A program made the translations under genes and the position numbers. DNA of 64,000 nucleotides from Escherichia phage W70. Below are positions 36,061 to 46,193 of this stretch, one piece after another. Below the pieces are notes generated by a model. The model saw only the letters and a list, made by a program, of their open reading frames with translations, did no database searches and was not told the origin of the DNA. Numbering within the stretch: position 1 is the stretch's first letter; each line of letters begins with the position of its first letter. Where the stretch lies: sequence record OP778610. One strand, given 5' to 3'.

Positions 36061-37158
36061 TTAAAGTTCGAAATCGAAGTCAGATGCACTTACTGAAGAG
36101 TCAACCTGACCAGACAGATATTGACCATTTTCTAGTTCCTGTGGAGTCACCTGGACGTTTTTAGTATTCAGGTGGCTATTGATCCAAGGGATCGGATTCT
36201 TCAGTGGCTTACTGATGAAACTATCTAAACCAACTGCTCGCATACGTTGGTCAGCCATATAATCTACGTATTGCCACAGGATCTCTTTATTCAGTCCAAC
36301 CATCGAACCATCTTTGAACAGGTATTCTGCCCAATCACGTTCTTGCTGTCGTGCCTGTAAGAACAACTCACGGGCTTCATCTTTACAATCTTCTGCAACT
36401 CGTGCAATAAGGTCACCTTCACGACCACTCTGCATTTCGTTCAGAATATACTGAGTACCCGACAAATGCAAGGCTTCATCACGAGCGATCAGTTCAATAA
36501 TGTTGGTGTTACCAGTCATGATACTACGCTCACCAAATGCAAACGAACATGCAAAGCTCACATAGAAACGGATTGCTTCCAGAGCATTAATGCTGTGCAT
36601 ACACAGATACAGTGCTCGTGCATGTGCATAACGATCAACTGACAAGTTCAAAGCGTAACGACTGTTCAACTGGAATAAATCGTCATACAGCCTCGTAACC
36701 GCATCTGCACGTTCCAGAATTTCTGGAGTTTTCATGATCTCATCAAGAATTGCAGAAGGATCACTAAATACATTTCGAATAATGTGTGTATATGAACGGC
36801 TGTGGATTGTTTCACTGAAACCCCAAGTCTCAATCCAAGTTTCCAAAGCTGGATCAGAAACAATTGGAAGTAATACTGCATTCGGGCCACGCCCTTGAAC
36901 TGAATCAAGCAATGTTTGATACTTAAGGTTACTAATGAAAATATGTTTTTCATGATCAGGTAATCCCATAAAGTCAATTCGGTCGCGGGTCACATCGATC
37001 TCTTCCGGCCGCCAGAAGAATGCCAACTGCTTTTCTGTCAGCTTTTCAAATTTGTTGTGTTTTTGCTTGTCGTAACGAGAAACGTTAACAGACTCGCCAA
37101 AGAACATCGGTTGTTCCATAAAATCAAACTGGTTTTTGTTAAAAGTTGTGTAACTCAC
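36061..37158 (-). CDS. nrdB: ribonucleotide reductase class Ia beta subunit
   Basis: Strong similarity to recalled E. coli NrdB ([26 protein letters not shown]). Confidence 0.95.
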   Translation of the reverse strand: MSYTTFNKNQFDFMEQPMFFGESVNVSRYDKQKHNKFEKLTEKQLAFFWRPEEIDVTRDRIDFMGLPDHEKHIFISNLKYQTLLDSVQGRGPNAVLLPIVSDPALETWIETWGFSETIHSRSYTHIIRNVFSDPSAILDEIMKTPEILERADAVTRLYDDLFQLNSRYALNLSVDRYAHARALYLCMHSINALEAIRFYVSFACSFAFGERSIMTGNTNIIELIARDEALHLSGTQYILNEMQSGREGDLIARVAEDCKDEARELFLQARQQERDWAEYLFKDGSMVGLNKEILWQYVDYMADQRMRAVGLDSFISKPLKNPIPWINSHLNTKNVQVTPQELENGQYLSGQVDSSVSASDFDFEL

Positions 37159-37213
37159 TTATTATCTCCTCTTCGCTAATCTGAAAACCATTATACCTAA
37201 ACTTACCAGGAAA

Positions 37214-37555
37214 TCAATAGTTATTTCTTAAAATTTCAATCCCATACCGCTTAAAGACTTCCTTTGCTGCCATAAACTTTTGTGCTGCACTTGGATTTGA
37301 AGTGTGAACAAACAGAACAGCAGGATACAGGATCGGTTTGCCAAACACAAGTTTTTCTTCTAACATTTCTAAGCAACGGTAACCTTCTTTTGAATCTTCA
37401 CCAAGATCATTGTCGAAATGCCATTCTGTTACCCGACGATACATTTTATTAGGGTCCTCAAGGAACTCTATAAACTGGTCAGAATTTTTAAACCAGATGG
37501 CATCATCATGCCCGTAATCTTTCGGATCTCTCAAATCATCAAGCCAAATCTTCAT
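37214..37555 (-). CDS. hypothetical protein (113 aa) between nrdA and nrdB
   Basis: ORF. Confidence 0.5.
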   Translation of the reverse strand: MKIWLDDLRDPKDYGHDDAIWFKNSDQFIEFLEDPNKMYRRVTEWHFDNDLGEDSKEGYRCLEMLEEKLVFGKPILYPAVLFVHTSNPSAAQKFMAAKEVFKRYGIEILRNNY

Positions 37556-37611
37556 CCTTTCCTCCTGTCTCGTTTATGTGATTTATTATACGGATTACTT
37601 TACCAAAGTCA

Positions 37612-37637
37612 ATAAAAAACCGCCCCAAAGGGCGGTT
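37612..37637 (-). terminator. rho-independent terminator (minus strand)
   Basis: ACCGCCC-CAAA-GGGCGGT hairpin plus T-run. Confidence 0.65.
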
Positions 37638-37641
37638 AATT

Positions 37642-37830
37642 TCAATTGTACTTGTTGAGAATCTTAAACATATCTTTTGCAATATATTTATTGTCTCGAC
37701 AACCAGCAAGGTTGTTACGAAGTGCAGCCATATAGATCTCTGTACCACAACCTGGGTATTTCGTTCCGAATCTTTTTGCCTGCCGTTTAAATGTCCAACG
37801 ATCAATAAAGAACCACGAGATAAACTTCAT
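37642..37830 (-). CDS. hypothetical protein (62 aa)
   Basis: Start at ATG after GAGGAGG RBS. Confidence 0.45.
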   Translation of the reverse strand: MKFISWFFIDRWTFKRQAKRFGTKYPGCGTEIYMAALRNNLAGCRDNKYIAKDMFKILNKYN

Positions 37831-37870
37831 ATTCCTCCTCAGAACCACCCCAAAGGGTGGCTATTCATTG

Positions 37871-40129
37871 TCACAATTTGCAAGCACCTGATTCGCAACC
37901 ATCATCCTCTTCATCTTCACCATCGCGAGTTTCTTGATAGTAAACAGTTTTCAAGCCAATCTTGTAAGCATACATCAGGTCACGCAGTACAATCTTAATT
38001 GGCAGTTTGCCACCTGGATAATCCCAAGGTTTGTAGAAGGTATTGGTCGAGATCGACTGGTCAATAAACTTCTGGATGATAGCCATCAGGTTAAGATAAG
38101 CTGTCGGTCCGTTCATATCCCATTTGTACTCGTACACCACACCTTCCTCACCAACACCAGGAACCAGCGTCGGAAGCATACCCGCAGGTGACTTCTTAAA
38201 CGTCACCGGACCACGAGGAGGTTCAATCCCGTTGGTAGAGTTGGTGATCTGGCTTGATGTTTCACAAGGCATCATTGTGGACAACGTTGAGTTACGTAAT
38301 CCGTGCAATGCGATATCCAGACGCAAACTTTCCCAATCTTGTTGCAATTCTGCGGTATGCAACTGATCAACTTCTTTCTTGTAGCGATCGATAGGTAAGA
38401 TGCCACGAGAATAAGATGTTTGATCGTACCACTCACAAGAACCACGCTCTTTTGCCAACTGAACAGAAGCTTTCAGCAGGTAGAACTGGAATGCTTCCGC
38501 GAGTTTATGAACTTCATTGGCAGCTTCTGGCGAACTATATTTGAGTCCACGTTTAGCTAAGTAATACGCCAAGTTAGTCCAGCCAATACCCAAAGTACGA
38601 CGCAGTAACGTTTTCTCTGCTGCAAGAACAGGGTAGTTCTGATAATCAAGCAGGTTATCAAGAGCACGTACCGTGATCATAACAGGTTCTTCTAAATCTT
38701 CAAGCTTCTCGATCTTTCCGAGGTTGATTGCTGATAAAGTACACAGTGCAACTTCACCAGAATCTTTCGGGTCCTTAATGTTATTGATCGGGGCCGTAGG
38801 TAATGCAATTTCCATACACAGATTAGACTGCTTAATCGGAGCCACATCAGGAAGGAACGGACTGTTGCTATTGCAGTGGTCAACGTTCTGAATATAAATA
38901 CGACCTGTCTGGCTACGTTCTTGAGCTAAACGAGTGAAAGCATCCGTCGCTTCAAGCTCTTTGCGAGGAATGGAAGGGTCTGCTTCCAATTTCTCATACA
39001 GTTCTGCAAATGCTTCTTGATCCGAGAAGAAGTGTTTATACAGATCGCCGTTTGCTACGTTTGGATGGAAGAAACTGATCTTGCCACCTTTCTGTAAACG
39101 AGTATAGAAGAACTTGTTGATCTGAACACCATAGTCAACATGTCGTGCACGGGTGCTTTCAGTACCACGGTTGTTCTTCATTACGATCAGATTTTCAAAG
39201 TCCCAGTGCCAAATCGGGTAGAAGTAGTTAGCTGAAGCTTTACGCAGACCACCTTGAGATGCCCAACCTAAAGATTCTTGATACATTCGAACAATGCCGA
39301 CCGTACCTGCATGTTTAACTTCCCCGCCGCGAATAGGAGCGTCCTGTCCACGAATAGCACCAAAGTTCAAACCGATACCTGCTCGCTGTGCTGCATACTT
39401 ACCTTGTGCTTCAACTGCGGCAAAGATCTGGTTAATATCATCACCAGATTCAATCAGTACACAAGAACTGAATTGGCGAGTCGGAGTTCGTACACCACCC
39501 ATAATCGGAGTAGGCAGAGAAACCTTCATGGTAGAAACCATATTGTACAGATCAATCACTTTTTGTAGACGCTTCTTAGGATCTTCTTTACTCATCAAGC
39601 ACATTGCGATCAGCATCAGTGCTGTCTGAGGAGATTCAAAGATTTCACCTGTTACACGATCCTTGACCAGATATTTATCTTCGTACTGACGCATAGCTGC
39701 GTAAGTGTAATCAAAATCACGGTCATGATCGATAACTGTATCTAAAAATTCAATCTCTTCTTTCGTGTAATCTGAAATCAGATGTTCATCGTATTTACCG
39801 CGAGCCACAGTCATAAGAATGTGAGCGTACAGTGGACGAGGTTCAAAACCACCATAAGCCTGCTTACGCAGTTTAAACAGAAGCAGACGTGCTGCTGGAT
39901 ACTGATAGTTTGGACTTTCTACACTAATTAGGTCCGCTGCGGACTTGATCAGGGTATCGTGGATCGCGTCTGTTTCTACACCATCATACATCTGAATCTG
40001 AGATTTCATCAGGATATCAGAAGGACTTACATCATTAACCCCTTCACAAGACCAAACTACAACACGGTTGATTTTCTCAGCTTCGAATTTCTCTACAGAA
40101 CCATTACGCTTACGAACAGTAATACCCAA
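37871..40129 (-). CDS. nrdA: ribonucleotide reductase class Ia alpha subunit
   Basis: 752 aa; ATP-cone and catalytic motifs; close to recalled E. coli NrdA. Confidence 0.95.
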   Translation of the reverse strand: MGITVRKRNGSVEKFEAEKINRVVVWSCEGVNDVSPSDILMKSQIQMYDGVETDAIHDTLIKSAADLISVESPNYQYPAARLLLFKLRKQAYGGFEPRPLYAHILMTVARGKYDEHLISDYTKEEIEFLDTVIDHDRDFDYTYAAMRQYEDKYLVKDRVTGEIFESPQTALMLIAMCLMSKEDPKKRLQKVIDLYNMVSTMKVSLPTPIMGGVRTPTRQFSSCVLIESGDDINQIFAAVEAQGKYAAQRAGIGLNFGAIRGQDAPIRGGEVKHAGTVGIVRMYQESLGWASQGGLRKASANYFYPIWHWDFENLIVMKNNRGTESTRARHVDYGVQINKFFYTRLQKGGKISFFHPNVANGDLYKHFFSDQEAFAELYEKLEADPSIPRKELEATDAFTRLAQERSQTGRIYIQNVDHCNSNSPFLPDVAPIKQSNLCMEIALPTAPINNIKDPKDSGEVALCTLSAINLGKIEKLEDLEEPVMITVRALDNLLDYQNYPVLAAEKTLLRRTLGIGWTNLAYYLAKRGLKYSSPEAANEVHKLAEAFQFYLLKASVQLAKERGSCEWYDQTSYSRGILPIDRYKKEVDQLHTAELQQDWESLRLDIALHGLRNSTLSTMMPCETSSQITNSTNGIEPPRGPVTFKKSPAGMLPTLVPGVGEEGVVYEYKWDMNGPTAYLNLMAIIQKFIDQSISTNTFYKPWDYPGGKLPIKIVLRDLMYAYKIGLKTVYYQETRDGEDEEDDGCESGACKL

Positions 40130-40140
40130 TTTATTTCTCC

Positions 40141-40389
40141 TTATTTAGTTTCAGTTTTAGTTGCAGACTTGTTGATCAGGGTATCATATTTATCGACATT
40201 TTCAAGTGTCGGTTCACCTAATCGAACAGTTAATCCAGAATATTGATCGTGGTAAGTGTCGTCATAACCAAACGAGTCATCAACCAGATCATTAAACTGC
40301 AACCAACCTAAGTATTCATGCTTGCTTGCAAAACCACGCTGGAACCATTTAGTTTGTTCAACCGGAACTGTTAATTTAGATTTACCCAT
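40141..40389 (-). CDS. hypothetical protein (82 aa)
   Basis: ORF. Confidence 0.5.
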   Translation of the reverse strand: MGKSKLTVPVEQTKWFQRGFASKHEYLGWLQFNDLVDDSFGYDDTYHDQYSGLTVRLGEPTLENVDKYDTLINKSATKTETK

Positions 40390-40403
40390 AATATCTCTCC
40401 TTA

Positions 40404-40877
40404 TTATTTAATCAGTGTTTCAGAAAACTCAGGAAGATCCATAACGATTGTTTCGGAACGATCTTCTTTTCGTGTGTACTTACGGGTATTCACCTTTTCA
40501 ACAACCGGAATATCAAAATCTAAAGAGTTAACAAAAGCTGTTGCTTTTGAACTTCTAACATCCAGAATGTCCATCTTTTCATAGATATCTACCAGCGGGA
40601 ATTCTGATTTGTCACGTAGACGTCCAGAAAACACTGTTGTTTCACGGCAAAGGTACGGCTTGTCGATACAACGCACATTCACTCGGTTAATTCGGTCAAT
40701 CTGGCAAGGTTTATATTCACCAGTCTCTTCATTCAGAATTGAAACTTGGAAACCGATCAGGTGAAGGACTTTACGAAGAGTTTTGTCATCCTTCGGGTCG
40801 AAGTTCATGATTTTTGCACATTCCAAAATGAAATCCAGAGTTACTGCACCGTATTTAACTTCTTTCTTAAAACCCAT
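40404..40877 (-). CDS. hypothetical protein (157 aa)
   Basis: Start at ATG after GAGGAG RBS. Confidence 0.5.
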   Translation of the reverse strand: MGFKKEVKYGAVTLDFILECAKIMNFDPKDDKTLRKVLHLIGFQVSILNEETGEYKPCQIDRINRVNVRCIDKPYLCRETTVFSGRLRDKSEFPLVDIYEKMDILDVRSSKATAFVNSLDFDIPVVEKVNTRKYTRKEDRSETIVMDLPEFSETLIK

Positions 40878-40964
40878 TTTAATCTCCTCGTACAACATTT
40901 TAAAAGTGGGGCAACATGCCCCAGCGCCGATAATGATATAAAATTAACTAACCAATGTCAATAA

Positions 40965-41987
40965 TTATTTTGCAACATGTCCAGGAATTAACTGACGATG
41001 TTGAACAAACCCTTTCAGGTTACCACTCCAGAAGTTACCGTCGCGATCTACGTGAGTAATGCCTTCTTCCCAAGATTCTGGACACCACGGCACGTTCACC
41101 ATGCTCTGCCCTTCTTCAACATCCTCACACGTTTCCTGGATCTCCTTCGCCTGATGCTCGAATGGAGAAGCGTGAACCTTTTTACCCGATACAAGCTTGG
41201 CATAAATATCCAGAGCCTTATCTTTCGTATTGTTAAGACGACGATAACTTACCTGCCCACAACAAGAGGAAGAGATAGACAAAGCTTCTTCTTCAGACAG
41301 CATAATATGATTACCATCTTCATCCTGTACACAATACCCTGCGAAAATATGTCCATCGCCCAAAGGTCCAGAGTCGAAGCAATGATCTACGTAAGGAGTA
41401 TGCCACACCCCAGGCTGTAACCATTCTGGAGTAGAAGCTTTATAAGCTTCGTGCATTTTCTTAGCCAATACTTCGATCGTTGGATCTGCATCTGCATCAA
41501 CACGTAGCCAGAAGAAGTTTTCAAATTCCGTTGCTGTAACGATAGTCTTCATCATCTGGAACGGTTCGATCAATCGGTTAGCAATCTGCTTATGGAACCC
41601 TGCCGTCTCGAAACGTTCTGCCCATTCACAGGCATTTTCCGCAGCCTTGGCCCAAGCTTCTCGTCCGGTACAGTACAGTTCATGACACACGCCACTTGTA
41701 TCTTCCACCCAATCATACCATACTTTACCATCATGTTCTGTTCCTTTATCCTGCATACCAGGTTGGTTAGCACCAAATCGAACAGGCATTGCCATATTTT
41801 CACGGATCAGTTTAACCATTGTCTTGATCGGCACTGCACGAGAAGACATTGCATTTCGGCTAAACAGTCGGTGCGTCATAAGTTCTGAGTGAATGAATCG
41901 AGGATAGGTCAATTCAAACGTGGTGATACGAGCTTTACTACGGTAGCCAACAGAATCTGCAATAATACGGGCTTCAATCATGGACAT
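40965..41987 (-). CDS. ThyX-like (flavin-dependent thymidylate synthase family) protein, atypical
   Basis: N-terminal FELTYPRFIHSELMTHR-x7-SSR aligns with ThyX RHR-x7-SxR region; TPFEH-like HASPFEH lies near the C-terminus. Confidence 0.5.
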   Translation of the reverse strand: MSMIEARIIADSVGYRSKARITTFELTYPRFIHSELMTHRLFSRNAMSSRAVPIKTMVKLIRENMAMPVRFGANQPGMQDKGTEHDGKVWYDWVEDTSGVCHELYCTGREAWAKAAENACEWAERFETAGFHKQIANRLIEPFQMMKTIVTATEFENFFWLRVDADADPTIEVLAKKMHEAYKASTPEWLQPGVWHTPYVDHCFDSGPLGDGHIFAGYCVQDEDGNHIMLSEEEALSISSSCCGQVSYRRLNNTKDKALDIYAKLVSGKKVHASPFEHQAKEIQETCEDVEEGQSMVNVPWCPESWEEGITHVDRDGNFWSGNLKGFVQHRQLIPGHVAK

Positions 41988-42003
41988 TCAAATCTCCTCT
42001 CTA

Positions 42004-42210
42004 TTAATTTAAATCTTCAACAAATTGTGGCAAGTAATCTTCAATTGGGCGACTCAAATCATTTTCTCTTACAATTTCCAAGTTAGCAAGTCTTTTCTTT
42101 GCCAAGTAAGAAATAAATTCCTTAGTATCTACCCTGTGCCCTTCTAGTGCCAACTTACCGTCAATATAAACACCTTCCCAATCTTCACCTTCGAAAAATA
42201 CTATTTTCAT
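42004..42210 (-). CDS. hypothetical protein (68 aa)
   Basis: ORF. Confidence 0.45.
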   Translation of the reverse strand: MKIVFFEGEDWEGVYIDGKLALEGHRVDTKEFISYLAKKRLANLEIVRENDLSRPIEDYLPQFVEDLN

Positions 42211-42392
42211 TTTATTTTCCTGATTTTGTAATCAACACGAACATCATACATAACGTGAAGATACATGTCAAACATTTCTTTGCACATATCGCTTTTTACT
42301 TTGAAGGAAGCCAAAAGGCTTCCATTTTCTTTAGAAAGGATCTCTACATAATCCCCTTCCCTAACTACCCACCTTCCTTTACCACATCTCAA
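42207..42392 (-). CDS. hypothetical protein (61 aa)
   Basis: ORF. Confidence 0.4.
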   Translation of the reverse strand: MRCGKGRWVVREGDYVEILSKENGSLLASFKVKSDMCKEMFDMYLHVMYDVRVDYKIRKIK

Positions 42393-42994
42393 GATTCTCT
42401 CTCCAAAATAAATTCAGCAATCGATGCCCAATCGCTAGTTACCAAGTCGTAACATCCGATCTCTTCTTCATCTTGACTGAAGGGTGTATCATACTTGATT
42501 TTTACTACCTTGTCACTAAATTGATTCAAAAATTTATTACGATCATCAATGATGTAATCACCCGAAACTCCAGCCTTGTACTTTGTAGCATAAAATCCAC
42601 ACCCGTCTGTTCCATTTTCAAGGTCCAGGTTAGGGAAGTGTCTCTTCAAGAAACGAACCTTACTGCTAAAATGACCTTTCTTGCAATAAGAAACAAACCG
42701 AATAGGGAATCCTGCGGCATGTAACTTGTTGATTGCATCTACCGCCCCCGCAATAGGGAACATCTTATCATACAAGAAAGGATCTTCCCAATAATCATAA
42801 GGAGGGATAGCCTTCTTACAGCGATCAGGGAAGTACCGAGAAAGATTGTAATCAAAATACCCATTCTCGCTAATGTCCTTGTCCATAAGGTCAGAATCAG
42901 CCTCCATATTATAGATGCTTTCCATCCAGTGCAACCAAGGCCATCCAGAATCAACGATAGTTAAGTCAACATCCACAATGATCGCTTTTTTCAT
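42389..42994 (-). CDS. HAD-superfamily phosphatase, possible 5-prime deoxynucleotidase
   Basis: Motif I IVDVDLTIVDS; motif IV GDYIIDD. Confidence 0.5.
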   Translation of the reverse strand: MKKAIIVDVDLTIVDSGWPWLHWMESIYNMEADSDLMDKDISENGYFDYNLSRYFPDRCKKAIPPYDYWEDPFLYDKMFPIAGAVDAINKLHAAGFPIRFVSYCKKGHFSSKVRFLKRHFPNLDLENGTDGCGFYATKYKAGVSGDYIIDDRNKFLNQFSDKVVKIKYDTPFSQDEEEIGCYDLVTSDWASIAEFILERES

Positions 42995-43633
42995 TTACTC
43001 TTTCCCCTCTGAGAGTTTGATAATTAATTTTGCAGTTTCAGTTAGCTTACCATTAACGTTTTCAACGTCGAAATCTCTAGGTCGTGCACTTTCAGGGAAA
43101 TTCTCAGAGTAAATATAATTACGAGAATCACCTTCAAAAGTTAATTTATTACCTGTTCGTGGATCAGTACGATGTAAACGGATCAGGGTGTAATCACCAT
43201 TTACCGCTTTAACTACCGGAACACTTTCATGAATAAATCCACCATCAGAGCTAATAAATGTACAAGTATAACCATCCATTTCCATACTTTTCGCAATATC
43301 TTTAACACGCTTGGCAAGAGCAACACCGAAGTATTCTTCCCCGAAGAGAGGCTTCGCAACATTCTCCGAGATGTGGATCAGCCAGTTACGTGGGGACACT
43401 TGTTTACCTGCAACATTAAAATATGGTTGAGGTACTTCTTTATAATCACGGTGGTAAAGTGCATCCCACAGTTCACGATTAATACCTGCAATACGAATAG
43501 CTAGATCGATAAGGGAACCTTTAAACTCCACATGAATACCCACGTTGTTGCCTACGGTAACTAACTGAGCGATCTCACCAGCAAGAGCATCTTTACCAGA
43601 AAAAGCAGGACCATTCAAATTGATAAATTTCAT
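42995..43633 (-). CDS. deoxynucleoside monophosphate kinase (T4 gp1-like)
   Basis: P-loop MKFINLNGPAFSGKD matches recalled T4 gp1 N-terminus MKLIFLSGVKRSGKD. Confidence 0.7.
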   Translation of the reverse strand: MKFINLNGPAFSGKDALAGEIAQLVTVGNNVGIHVEFKGSLIDLAIRIAGINRELWDALYHRDYKEVPQPYFNVAGKQVSPRNWLIHISENVAKPLFGEEYFGVALAKRVKDIAKSMEMDGYTCTFISSDGGFIHESVPVVKAVNGDYTLIRLHRTDPRTGNKLTFEGDSRNYIYSENFPESARPRDFDVENVNGKLTETAKLIIKLSEGKE

Positions 43634-43656
43634 ATTAATCTCCTCTCAGTTTCACA

Positions 43657-43682
43657 ATAAAAAACCGCCCCGAAGGGCGGTT
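43657..43682 (-). terminator. rho-independent terminator (minus strand)
   Basis: ACCGCCCCGAAGGGCGGT hairpin plus T-run. Confidence 0.65.
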
Positions 43683-43691
43683 AAATCAAAA

Positions 43692-44786
43692 TTACAGAAT
43701 GTTTGCCAGCGTTTTCTTCATCGCTGCCTTCTCGCGAACATTCTGACGATCTCGTGCACAAGAACCACATTCTTGACAACGATAAATCTTGAACTTAGAC
43801 AAGAACGTTACTGCTGACTTACCTTCCTCAATAACCAGGTCGTCACTACCACAACGAACACAACGCATTGCCGTCTGATCTTTGTGGAACAATGCAATGT
43901 TCGGATGTTTACGCATGAAAGGTCGTACAGTCAGATACAGTTCTTCCAGCGTTGGAATATCACCAATGTTATATTCTTCCATCTCTTCAAATGCGGTTGG
44001 GTCACCTTCAACACAACGTCGCCACAGACTGAAACCTTCGTGCGACAGCTTACGACTATCAAGTTCAAAATAGTTACATGCTGCTTCAAGTGCATTTGAA
44101 GGAAGAGAGAAAGCTTCTTTCAGTGCAGCCAATGTATCGATCGTAATGTAAGGACTTGGTGGTTGCATACCGTAGTATGCGAAACGCTGATTTGCCCAAC
44201 CACGGTCAAAGCGAGCATTATGTGCGATGAAGATATCACATTCATCCAGAACTTTCCACAGGTCTTCGATCAACTTACGATCTGACTGGTGATCTCGTGC
44301 AAACTCTTCTGGATAATCCGTCAGCTTACGGCTGAAGATCGACGGGTTGTGCAACCACTTACCAGCGAATGTCAGCATGTACGGTTCCATAATTACCTGC
44401 TTCGGTGCAATGAACTGTTTAAATCGTCCAAACGAATATGCAACAGAAGGAGATGTTTCAACGTCACCAAGGAAAACTTTAGCACCTGGGTTCTGCTCTT
44501 TGATCTTTTCAATGAAATCTTTTTGAATCTTAGCAACAGGTTCACCACTCGACTCTTTCTGCTGCATATATTCCGCATAGTTTTCGTAATCTTCATAGGC
44601 CGGAGTAATTTCAAGGAGTTCCTTAACACTTGAAACATCATTCTTTTCAATTTCACGACGGATCATATTACGAACCGTGGATTCCTGAGACTCTTTACCC
44701 AATTGGCGAGCTACTTCACGCTGAGACAGACCGTGTTTCATCAGTTGCAGAACTTGTTCAACAGTAAAAGTTACTTTATTAGTCAC
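43692..44786 (-). CDS. DEDDh 3-prime-5-prime exonuclease with N-terminal HTH and C-terminal zinc ribbon
   Basis: Exo I GDVETS; Exo II HNARFD; HTH LSQREVARQLG; CxxC..CxxC. Confidence 0.6.
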   Translation of the reverse strand: MTNKVTFTVEQVLQLMKHGLSQREVARQLGKESQESTVRNMIRREIEKNDVSSVKELLEITPAYEDYENYAEYMQQKESSGEPVAKIQKDFIEKIKEQNPGAKVFLGDVETSPSVAYSFGRFKQFIAPKQVIMEPYMLTFAGKWLHNPSIFSRKLTDYPEEFARDHQSDRKLIEDLWKVLDECDIFIAHNARFDRGWANQRFAYYGMQPPSPYITIDTLAALKEAFSLPSNALEAACNYFELDSRKLSHEGFSLWRRCVEGDPTAFEEMEEYNIGDIPTLEELYLTVRPFMRKHPNIALFHKDQTAMRCVRCGSDDLVIEEGKSAVTFLSKFKIYRCQECGSCARDRQNVREKAAMKKTLANIL

Positions 44787-44796
44787 TAAAAACTCC

Positions 44797-45042
44797 TTAT
44801 TTAAAAAATTCGATTACATCGGCAACAGCAAAGTCACGGATATCTTGTTTATCTACATCATACGCTTTCATAAACCACTGTTCGCCACGATGATAGGGCG
44901 ATTCACCATACCACATCACTGGCGTTCCAGTTACAGTACGATAACCACACTCACCTTTCCAATTGCGATAATAAAACCGCAGGGTTGGTAAACCGTAGGT
45001 GTTATGGTCAACTTCTTGACTCATACAAATAACCCTCCTCAA
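44797..45042 (-). CDS. hypothetical protein (81 aa)
   Basis: ORF. Confidence 0.45.
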   Translation of the reverse strand: MRRVICMSQEVDHNTYGLPTLRFYYRNWKGECGYRTVTGTPVMWYGESPYHRGEQWFMKAYDVDKQDIRDFAVADVIEFFK

Positions 45043-45586
45043 GTTTATCGATAAACGCTTTTACATAAAGAGTTATCATCTCTCCTTTATCCAAGCTCTC
45101 ATCGATAACTACATTGTATCTCAATAAAGCGTTCGTTGCAATTGTTTCTTTCTTTAATCTCTTCAAATATTTTTTCAGGTCAGCAACAATCTCACCATGA
45201 AATTTCCTTGAAGAGTAATCCCTTTCGAGATAGTCAGCCATTCTACGCAGAACTTCACTCATTGTCAAGTCTGTTTTATCTTCCATATGTTTAGACCAAA
45301 GTTTTTGTACACCACCTTCGAAAAGGTTAAGAGTGCTTCCAATAACGCCCCTTACCTTTCCGTCGAAGTGGTCATGGTCCAAACAAGGCTTCTCCATAAC
45401 TTCACCCAGTATAGCACAAACTCCTTGTTGGTCAAGCAATATTTCATCACGATATTTTGCTATTTCTTTTGACCCACTTACCCAAAGATCCTTATTTAGT
45501 TTCACACGGATAGGTGTAGTCGCCTTATCCTTTGCTGTGAATAGAGGCTTCTTTGACCGCCGCTTCCTCACTCTCGGTACTCGCAT
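45008..45586 (-). CDS. recombination endonuclease VII (T4 gp49-like)
   Basis: CAILGE..CLDHDH..GKVRGVI matches endo VII zinc/HNH core. Confidence 0.75.
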   Translation of the reverse strand: MRVPRVRKRRSKKPLFTAKDKATTPIRVKLNKDLWVSGSKEIAKYRDEILLDQQGVCAILGEVMEKPCLDHDHFDGKVRGVIGSTLNLFEGGVQKLWSKHMEDKTDLTMSEVLRRMADYLERDYSSRKFHGEIVADLKKYLKRLKKETIATNALLRYNVVIDESLDKGEMITLYVKAFIDKLEEGYLYESRS

Positions 45587-46193
45587 GTACTCCCTCCAAG
45601 GCTAAAGCCATTAATAACTCACCATGTGTTGGTTCAAGAGGGTTTTCAAAATACTCTTCCATTCCGAAACGATAAAGTGACATTGGGAAGTTTATACTAC
45701 TAAACAAGCTGTTGTCAACATTATTTTTAAATTCCGGTGGAACGTTCGTATCAAATTCCCTAAAGAATTCAGATCGACTAGAGTTTATAAAAACCCTTAG
45801 AGCATTATCAAAAATTGGATTACCTTTTTGCTTAGTCAGATAAAGCAATTCTTTTAGCGAAGCCTTATCAGAAACAGACTTAAAAGAATATCCACTGATG
45901 ATGATCTCGTCAAAACACATACCCCTGACTTTTTGCCAGAAAGACCACTGTGCAGAACTGATCGTCTGAATGTGCATGTTCAGCTTAGATCGTTCATTAA
46001 ACAGGTTTATATCGTAACCACTACGATCTTTCTGATAAGAACCAAACCCCAAGCTATTTGCAGTGTGCTTCAGTTTAGCAATGAAATCCCCCCTTTCGAG
46101 GGTATTCCAACAGATCACTAATTTCTTACTCTGGTAAAACTCTTCAGATTCATAGCGTTCAATAACCGTTTCGTTCAAGGTAGCATCTCCCAA
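45525..46193 (-). CDS. hypothetical protein (222 aa)
   Basis: ORF. Confidence 0.5.
   Translation of the reverse strand: MGDATLNETVIERYESEEFYQSKKLVICWNTLERGDFIAKLKHTANSLGFGSYQKDRSGYDINLFNERSKLNMHIQTISSAQWSFWQKVRGMCFDEIIISGYSFKSVSDKASLKELLYLTKQKGNPIFDNALRVFINSSRSEFFREFDTNVPPEFKNNVDNSLFSSINFPMSLYRFGMEEYFENPLEPTHGELLMALALEGVHASTESEEAAVKEASIHSKG

Noticed and set aside
31856-37158. Group I introns or inteins in nrdD and nrdB, as in T4
   Set aside because: Both reading frames are continuous and full-length with conserved motifs; no interruption was seen.
37845-37860. Hairpin CCACCC-CAAA-GGGTGG after nrdA as a terminator
   Set aside because: No U-tract follows on the minus strand, and the RBS of the next gene comes immediately after; more likely an intercistronic structure.
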